From the NCBI RefSeq assembly GCF_006345805.1, contig NC_043001.1, positions 127,782,001 through 127,846,000 of the forward strand: DNA of 64,000 nucleotides, given 5' to 3'. The translations under genes were made by a program, and so were the position numbers. The first letter of the stretch is position 1, and each line of letters starts with the position of its first letter. The stretch comes from Octopus sinensis. Lineage: Eukaryota. Under the pieces are notes generated by a model. The model ran no database searches. It saw only the letters and a program-made list of their open reading frames with translations, and was not told the DNA's origin. Positions 63,555 through 64,000 of the stretch are shown piece after piece.

Positions 63555-64000
63555 TTTAAAAAAATTTTTGATGAAAAATAAAGATTCAAATCAATGAACA
63601 AAATACAAATGAATTGACTAAACAATATGTAAATAATGGGGTATTAAAAAACTAATTAGAAATAGAGATGTTATGAGGAAAAATAATGTTAATCAATGAC
63701 AAATATTGTTTTATTTTTGCAAGACAATACTGGACAAGTTTCAATTTTATTATGCAAAGAACAGATTTCAGAAGTAGTGAGGAGAAAAGTACTAAGTAAA
63801 TGTAAAAGATTAATATGTACCAACCACTGATAAGTACACTTTTCTTACTCAAATTCATTTTATTTGCTTACTAATTTCAGTCATTGGTACAGGTGTATGG
63901 CTTAGTGGTTAGAGCATTGGACTCACAATCATGAGGTAGTGAGTTCAATTCCTGGACTGGACTGCGTCTTGTATTCTTGAGCAAGACACTTTATTTCATG

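Overview
AT-rich, repeat-dense animal genomic DNA. The SINE, LINE and microsatellite content suggests an octopus or other coleoid cephalopod (inference from remembered repeat families). The only host protein-coding gene I can support is TMEM115 on the minus strand: three coding exons at 41104-40401, 14417-14244 and 10639-10399, 372 aa, both introns GT-AG phase 2, intron 1 about 26 kb. The rest is mostly mobile-element debris: several tRNA-derived SINE families with interchangeable 3' tails, LINE fragments (RTE, Tx1/L1, CR1, R4/Dong-like), a full-length but decayed Chapaev3-like transposon, mariner and maT fragments, hAT-, piggyBac- and mariner-type MITEs, and two Helitrons. The most notable observations are: (1) a ~160-bp-arm near-perfect palindrome in TMEM115 intron 1 made of two inverted Penelope-type repeats, each holding a complete minimal hammerhead ribozyme; (2) an ~8-kb same-orientation train of about 30 SINE copies in (AAT)n tracts; (3) an apparent link between SINE tail type and insertion-site type; (4) three further long inverted repeats; (5) an ~11-kb CpG-retaining domain around the TMEM115 promoter. 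Repeat boundaries were read by eye and are approximate unless TSDs or TIRs are quoted. Family names come from motif recognition, not database searches.
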